Origin: Eledone cirrhosa
Lineage: Eukaryota
Direction of reading: 5' to 3'
Length of the DNA stretch: 64,000 nt
Assembly: GCA_964016885.1 (NCBI GenBank)
Contig: OZ024740.1
Coordinates: forward strand, 197,842,001-197,906,000
This document shows positions 55,601 to 64,000 of the stretch, in pieces; the first letter of the stretch is position 1; each line of letters begins with the position of its first letter. The position numbers were made by a program, and so were the translations under genes. A model generated the notes under the pieces. The model saw nothing but the letters and a program-made list of their open reading frames with translations, was not told the DNA's origin and searched no databases.

Positions 55601-56048
55601 AGCAATCGAAATCTCCCCCTTCCCCAATTGACACTTTATGATTAATACTACTGCACCAAATGACCAGCCCTGTCCACTGTCCAGTTGGTCAAGTAGAGAT
55701 TAAAATCGGCACCCCCAAAATTCTTATTTAGATTTACTCATGGTATTCTCATTAAAAACCCATTATATACTTGTTTAGCAGTAAATTATTTTACCATCTG
55801 TCATATTCTATCCCCTCTGTTCCTTCCTCTTTTACTAATATAAATACTTCAATTTTTCTGATTTTATCCAGTTTATCCAAAATCTCTGAAGAAGTGACAA
55901 CTGATTATACATTTGCTATCGAATACTTGCTAACATTATATGATTACGCAAGCAGCGATACATAGGTATTCGGTCTGTTACAGAAACATATGTCAATACC
56001 TAATAAATTCCTTTTTTAACAAAAGCACTTTCATTTTATATTCATCCT

Positions 56049-56053
<5 letters not shown>
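52670..56053 (-). mobile_element. Naiad-type Penelope element with 547-bp inverted terminal repeats
   Basis: 52777-53323 is a near-perfect reverse complement of 55507-56053, flanking the ORF. (TA)n on both sides. Confidence 0.92.
53418..55358 (-). CDS. Naiad-type RT plus GIY-YIG (646 aa; homology extends to ~55506 across an A7 frameshift)
   Basis: ADKT just upstream, LKDHK, QFDIDEYYSSI, ITMGS, IYRDD, FLDVTF, CNC-x5-CP-x4-C, IVY...YVGST, CRLC...CNH. Confidence 0.93.
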   Translation of the reverse strand: MDVDTYNNFIRKELHKKYRKTNEATLKNINNSACDIVKKLCIDDRTQPLTPAIPSFNLKDHKVNFDTNPNIRLICPSKSDIGKISKYILDRIIPQVKVKVEIKLWGNTHEAIRWFNNITDKKKSKFIQFDIDEYYSSISPDTLHEALSFAKDNSDLTDAEIKIIMEARKTIVKFDDSYWVRKDRPSNFDITMGSNDSAEVTDLVGIYITHRLQGKFKDLHGGIYRDDALLLVKNMNNQNLERMRKNIRKLFKELGSNITFEYNLKEVNFLDVTFNLNTDTIKPFHKLNENLKYVNTSSNHPLSIIKSIPRNVSLRISRLSSNQQTFKEHAEYYDDALRKAGHLDNIEYIVNDHQNTQNKSHRSRNSTESPPYIHYRNRHNNSRTPPNRRRCKEYIWYNPVYNKSIKTNLPSKFFRLVRKHFPTSHKYNKILNPNTIRLSYSTAPNIEQHIKMLNAKRLYKRLPTHNNTRKTLAITSQNNKQHPVLHKQPHQPIHGNTTTQNCNCNCVQPGMCPLNNQCLERNIVYKCTIESDRQKWYYVGSTATSFKSRLYRHRYSIKHENQRYVTTLADKAWQLRENNQQFHLKWDIIATAPPYSNGQEFCRLCNVELFCIMKSKNILLSNRIERSLYCNHRLKSTFSYYKYYQD

Positions 56054-56135
<82 letters not shown>

Positions 56136-56234
56136 TATATATATATTTATATATAGGTATATATATATATATATATCTATATAAAAAATAAAGTAAAATA
56201 AAAGTCAAATGTTTAAAATTTAGCTTCGTTTATT

Positions 56235-56289
56235 ACTGCTATATATATTTCGGTGACAGCCATCTTTGGCTGTGACCTCTTCAGGCAGT
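56235..56289 (-). ncRNA. Type I hammerhead ribozyme (mirror copy)
   Basis: Exact reverse complement of 56334-56388. Confidence 0.88.
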
Positions 56290-56333
56290 CCGAATTAGTG
56301 TGGTATGTACTTGTCTATACCACACTAATTCGG

Positions 56334-56388
56334 ACTGCCTGAAGAGGTCACAGCCAAAGATGGCTGTCACCGAAATATATATAGCAGT
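56334..56388 (+). ncRNA. Type I hammerhead ribozyme
   Basis: ACTGC-CTGAAGA-GGTCACAGCCA aaga TGGCTGTCACC-GAAA-TATATA-TA-GCAGT: perfect stem I, 10/11-bp stem II, palindromic stem III. Confidence 0.88.
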
Positions 56389-56578
56389 AATAAACGAAGC
56401 TAAATTTTAAACATTTGACTTATATTTTACTTTATTTTACATTACTCCGGAGTAACCAAACCAACTTGCGCACTTCGTCGAGTGCTCCAGCCTGCATACT
56501 GTGTGTTGGTATACGACCAACATATACTCAAAATCTCTCTCTATATATATATACGTATATATATACGTATATATATAC

Positions 56579-56664
<86 letters not shown>

Positions 56665-56668
<4 letters not shown>

Positions 56669-56861
56669 CGAAGGAAATGTGGTAAGGAACCAGGTGGACC
56701 ATAACGCACCAAAGTACTCAATACTTGAGGTAGTAGAGTGGGTAATAGGAACCAGTAAGACCCCGACAGCTGAGCTCAAGCCGTTTCGACGGCTAATTCT
56801 AGTCCAGAATTAGCCGTCGAAACGGCTTGAGCTCAGCTGTCGGGGTCTTACTGGTTCCTAT
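56665..56861. repeat. Probable PLE terminal fragment ending in a perfect hairpin (56745-56861, 5-nt loop)
   Basis: ~56-bp arms around AGTCC (56801-56805). Confidence 0.88.
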
Positions 56862-56896
56862 ATATATATATATATATATATATATACGTATATATA

Positions 56897-57006
<110 letters not shown>

Positions 57007-57023
57007 CGTATATATATACGTAT

Positions 57024-57057
<34 letters not shown>

Positions 57058-57059
57058 AC

Positions 57060-57136
<77 letters not shown>

Positions 57137-57167
57137 TATATATATATACACATATATATATATATAC

Positions 57168-57217
<50 letters not shown>

Positions 57218-57259
57218 GTATATATATATATATATATACGTATATATATATATATATAC

Positions 57260-58667
<1,408 letters not shown>

Positions 58668-58985
58668 TACCTGATGATATCACCAGATTCATATCACCTG
58701 ATTCATATGGAACACGGTCATTGAAATGATCATAGTGTAATAAACCTTTCAACACTCGAAACCGATACGGTAAAGGAAACCATAGTAAGTACAGTGAATT
58801 TTTTGAAATTTATTTTGAAACTTTTTCTTATTTGCTAAACCTTGATTATATATGTTCTGGCTCGTTAATTTATTAACCTGCCATTGAACCACATTGGCAT
58901 ATGGTTGGATAATACATGTGTTCCTATTAGTTTTTTGCGTGTAGGAATATATATGCATATGTATATGTATATATGTATATATGTA

Positions 58986-59082
<97 letters not shown>

Positions 59083-59087
59083 AGATG

Positions 59088-59118
<31 letters not shown>

Positions 59119-59434
59119 GTATATATATATATGTATATATATGTATATATATATATGTTTATATATATATATATATATGTATATATATGTAAATGTATAT
59201 ATATATATGTATATATATATATGTATATATATATATATACGTATATATATATATACGTATATATATATACGTATATATATATATATATACGTAAATGTAT
59301 ATACGTATATATATATATATATACGTATATACATATATATATATATACGTATATATATATATATATATATACGTATATACATATACATATATATATATAT
59401 ATATACATATATATATACATATATATACATATAC

Positions 59435-59481
<47 letters not shown>

Positions 59482-59641
59482 AATATATATAAGAATTAAA
59501 ATACTAGAGTGCTTTTGAGTAAAACACACTCGTCGTATTATAGAAATGACAGTATAGGGTATAGCTCAATGTAATACAACAGAGCCGAAAAAATTATAAA
59601 AATAGACAAAGAAGCCTTCAATACATCAAAAGTCTTTATTA

Positions 59642-59682
59642 GCCTACAATGTTTCGTCCCATTAATCAGGACTCATCAGGGC
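59642..59682 (-). ncRNA. Type I hammerhead ribozyme with canonical core
   Basis: GCC-CTGATGA-GTCC tgattaatg GGAC-GAAA-CATTG-TA-GGC. Confidence 0.85.
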
Positions 59683-60672
59683 AAGTAAACAGATAAGAAG
59701 CATTAACGGCCAGAAACTAGCCAAAACTCAGAAGAATAGGGAATACATATTCATGAAAGCTTATGAGAGATATGAAGGAAAAAGTATGCAGTTACAAATA
59801 TAGACTATAGGGCAATAAAGTGAGTAAAGTGTCAAACCAACATTGATATTACAGTATGAGACAAATACATTAAATACAACATGGTAATACGATGTGGGAA
59901 TTACAATATGATATATAATACAATATAATGGGTAATAAGAAATATAAAGCTTAATATATGTATATATATATATATCCATATATATACACACTTACACAAA
60001 CACATACTAACACTTAATAAGTATAAATATACTCTCTACAATATAAAAACACCCTGACGGTGCGCATACACTATACAAAAAATAAACTATACAAAAAAAA
60101 TATAAGTTAAACAAAAAATAATAGAATAATATACTGACATCAAAAATATATACAAAACTACATCATACATATCACTTAATGTCAACAAATTGTACATAAA
60201 GTTTTTCACAGGGTAAGAAAAAATATCATAAAGCTGAAGTATGTTGAAAAAATATATACATATATAAATACATAGAGTAATGATAATAAATATACAGAGG
60301 TATATTGATTTTACAGCTGTTCGTCTTCCTGTAATTTGCTTTGCATCATAACATGCCTCCTTATATTAATATATCAATCGCGTAAATATCTCTTAAACAT
60401 TTTCCATTGGCTCTGTCTGTCTGCATTTATATACTTTTATATTATTACATTCTTTATTATTATAATATTAACATTTATATATCATATTATTTCTATGTAA
60501 TTCTATTATACGTATTGATATAAGTCAGATATTTAAGGTACTGTTTTGTTATATTTAAGGTACTGTTTTGTAATATTTTATAATATTTTATGAATGTAAA
60601 TTATAATTTTACATATATATATATATATATACATATATATATACGTATATATATATATATATACATATATAG

Positions 60673-60833
<161 letters not shown>

Positions 60834-61046
60834 TATACATATATATATACATATACATATATATATATATATACATATATATATATTTATTAAAATAACA
60901 GATTAAAGTTTAAGCAAAGAATCGCTGCTTTCACCCTTAACGGGATCTTCTGAAACTAACAAAGTCAATCTGTAAACGCAGAACTGGATATTTCAAAAAA
61001 CGTTGCAACCGGAGGAAGACAGGAAGACGATACTTTGGTTCGTGGA

Positions 61047-61320
61047 AACGTTCGCTGGCGAAGAACGGGAAAAAACGAATATAATACGTCATTAATAGGA
61101 GCGGTGAAAAACAATTACGCGCAAAGACAGAACCACGTTTATGGTATAAAAAAGGTCGTAGACTAATATTCTCTTAGGTGGTGCATAGAGACGTTCTCTG
61201 GCAAAGAAGGAAAAAAACGAAGATAATACGTCATATGTGGATCGTGGAGAACAATAGCACGCAAAGACAAAACCACGTAAATGGTATAGCAGAAGTCGTA
61301 GACTAAATTCTAACTAGGAG
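61047..61320 (+). repeat. Diverged ~143-bp tandem duplication
   Basis: ACGTTC(G/T)CTGGC...ATAATACGTCAT...CGCAAAGACA...GTCGTAGACTAA occurs twice. Confidence 0.75.
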
Positions 61321-61630
61321 ACCAAATGAATCTCCGCTACAGAGTTAAGAACAAAGTAAATAAATACAATACAGAAGTAATAGAAATAAATAAATACATA
61401 CACGCAAACAAAAACGTACATACACAAGCATACGCAAAAACTTACCATAGATAAACAAAACCACGCACATATAAAACGATTAGGAACACATGTATTATCC
61501 AACCATATGCCAATGTGGTTCAATGGCAGGTTAATAAATTAACGAGCCAGAACATATATAATCAAGGTTTAGCAAATAAGAAAAAGTTTCAACATAAATT
61601 TCAAAAATTTCACTCTACTTACTATGGTTT

Positions 61631-61715
61631 CCTTTACCGAATTGGTTTCGAGTATCACAAATAAATGGAAAGTCCTTGCGGGCTTCCATCGAAAAGATAA
61701 ACTCTCGTCAGAAGG
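61631..61715 (-). ncRNA. Mirror copy of the extended hammerhead
   Basis: CCTT-CTGACGA-GAG...CTC-GAAA-CCAATTCGG-TA-AAGG. Confidence 0.75.
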
Positions 61716-61950
61716 TTCTTTTCACTCGGAGAATATAGAATTCCCGAGTTCAAATTACGAACTGGCGCTATTCAAAAGTGTTCCCGAGATGAGAATGAAT
61801 GCTATTTATAGTGGTAGTAGACTGACCCTCCTGCCCCTGCTTCTATGTTTACACACGCCACTGGACAGAATTGCTTCCACATCATTCATCCTCATCTCGG
61901 GAACAATTTTGAATTACGCCAGTTCGTAATTTGAACTCCGAGTTAAAAGA

Positions 61951-62037
61951 ACCTTCTGACGAGAGTTTATCTTTTCAATGGAAGCCCGCAAGGACTTTCC
62001 ATTTATTTTTGAGATTCGAAACCGATTCGGTAAAGGT
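61951..62037 (+). ncRNA. Type I hammerhead with extended stem II
   Basis: ACCTT-CTGACGA-[55-nt stem II with ATGGAAG..CC GCAA GG..CTTTCCAT]-GAAA-CCG att CGG-TA-AAGGT. Confidence 0.8.
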
Positions 62038-62316
62038 AACCATAGTAAGTACAGTGAATCTTTTGAAATTTACTTTGAAACTTTTTCTTATTTGCTAAAC
62101 CTTGATTATATATATGAGAAAAACCACAGACCCTCCATCTCAACTCACCTTTTGAAAAGCAGAAGAACTGCGAAACCGGTAAAGGAACCAAATAAATATA
62201 TATATTTTTAAAAAAAATAAGACTTCAGTTGCATTTTCGATTTCATCCATTTTTCTTTATACTTCCACTCGTGTAGGACACCTCGGTTATTTTTCATTTT
62301 GTAAAAAAAACCTCAC

Positions 62317-62396
<80 letters not shown>

Positions 62397-63905
62397 CTAA
62401 GGCGGGTAAAATTCCCGAGATCCATGGACGAGTTCTCTCCAGCGGTCTCTGTCCCTCATTATCGCTGCCATATCCTGCATCTCCAACAGACCAGTGTCTG
62501 TCCTTAGGGCATCAACATATGTTAACCTTGGTCTTCCTCTTCTAGTGTGTCCATGTAGGGGCTCCCAAAGGAGCACTGAGTGCAATGTCAACTCTGGATG
62601 TCGGTGAGCATGTCCAGCCAACCTCAGTCTCCTCTGTGTCACTTTTGAGCTGACTTTTGGGATGCTCCCATACAGCTCTGAGTTTTTCATCCTCAGTGTA
62701 TACTGATTAATGTTCAGAGCCATCCTCAGCATTCTCGTGTAGCACCCATCCACCATCTGAGTGAGTTTCTTGGTCAGTGTCCAAGTCTCAGACCCATACA
62801 GCAGCACAGACTCCACTACAGCAATGAAGAGGCGGATTTTCAGGTCTCTACGAAGGTCCGACTTCCACACCGATCTCAAGCTGTGGCACGCCGCCCAGGC
62901 CTTGCTCTTCCTCTCAACCACATCATCCTCCGTATTCCCAATCTTTGCTCCCAAATATAGGAAGTCCTCAACCAATTCCAGCGGCTTCCCACCTACATTA
63001 GTGATCCCCTCTGGCTTCTCAACATTCTCTACCAGATATTTTGTTTTAGTCTCATTCATTCTCAGCCCCACACTCATCGACACAGTCTCAACCTCCCGCA
63101 TCAAATCCTCTGCCTCCTTCACTGTATTTGTCACCAAAACTATGTCGTCGGCAAATTCAGCATCCGATACCTTTTTCGCCCCAACTCTCCTGCTCTGAGC
63201 CGGTGCTACAGTAAAGCCAGAGTCCTGGTGCAAGGCGCATACAATAGTCCACTACGATGATAAAAAGGTAGGGAGCCAATGTATCTCCCTGGAGCACTCC
63301 AGCCAGTATCTCAAAGAACTCTGTCATCCCATCAGGTGTAATGACTTGGGCTTTGGTGTTGGTGTAGAGCAGTGATATCAGGTCCACTATCCTCTTGGGG
63401 ATTCCATAAGCCTGTAAGATCTTCATCAGGCAGTAACGGTCCACAGAATCAAAGGCCTTCCTAAAGTCAATGAAAACCATGACCGCAGGAAGGCACTTTG
63501 CTCTAGCTCCCTCTAATATCCTCCTCAGCATCAGGATGTGACTGTTGGTTGATCTACCCTCTCTGAAGCCGTTCTGGTTGTCCCTGAGCTTCTTCTCCAT
63601 CTCAGGCTGGATCCTGTTAAGAATCATCCTGTTGAGGGTCTTTGCCACAAGTGACGTCAGTGAGATCCCCCGGTAGTTGTTGGTGTTAGAGAGATCTCCC
63701 TTCTTTGGCACTGGGACGATGTTACTGATCCTCCACTGATTCGGGGCAACTCCTTTCTCCAGTGCCCCGTTACAGAACCCCAGGATGATATCATCAAAAT
63801 CACACCTCTTCATCACCTCTGATGCCACTCCATCTTCTCCATGAGCCTTGCCCTCCTTGATCTTCTTCTTGGCTCTCTGAAGCTCCTCTCTGGTGAAGGG
63901 CTCTG
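62397..63905 (-). pseudogene. 5'-truncated RTE-clade LINE (RT), one frameshift, in (TA)n
   Basis: YRGISL, FIDFRKAFDSV, GVLQGDTLAP, EFADD, FLYLG, LLYGSETW, RLRLAGH. Confidence 0.92.
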
Positions 63906-63937
63906 TCTATATGTATATATACGTATATATATGTATA

Positions 63938-64000
<63 letters not shown>

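Larger units (their letters stand above)
56185..56535. repeat. Fold-back palindrome (56185-56438) of a PLE-like terminal repeat with two divergent hammerheads
   Basis: Arms mirror around ~56311 with a ~10-nt spacer. Confidence 0.9.
61555..62113. repeat. Imperfect palindrome (~230-245-bp arms, ~80-bp spacer) with two hammerheads
   Basis: 61555-61800 mirrors 61884-62113. A third partial copy is at 58754-58945. Confidence 0.88.

Overview
AT-rich, microsatellite-dense animal genomic DNA, most likely an octopus. That host call is inferred from recalled SINE and LINE tail sequences and is not verified. No host gene can be supported; the window is almost entirely a nest of retroelements. It contains: (1) one intact 1169-aa R4/Dong-clade RT+RLE element sitting in (CATA)n, plus a decayed second one; (2) two near-full-length and several partial Tx1/L1-clade LINEs; (3) a CR1-like LINE; (4) RTE-clade fragments and a tandem non-autonomous RTE derivative; (5) many Penelope-like elements (PLEs: a near-intact Neptune-like ORF, a near-intact Naiad-like ORF and many terminal fragments); (6) tRNA-derived Meta-domain SINEs; (7) two MITEs. 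The most striking pattern is RNA-level. At least six sequence-unrelated type I hammerhead ribozyme motifs can be read by eye, most of them in or beside fold-back palindromes inserted in (TA)n. They include a non-coding 420-bp tandem/inverted retrozyme-like array and a hammerhead with an unusually long GNRA-capped stem II. Most ORF-track entries are microsatellite or antisense artefacts.
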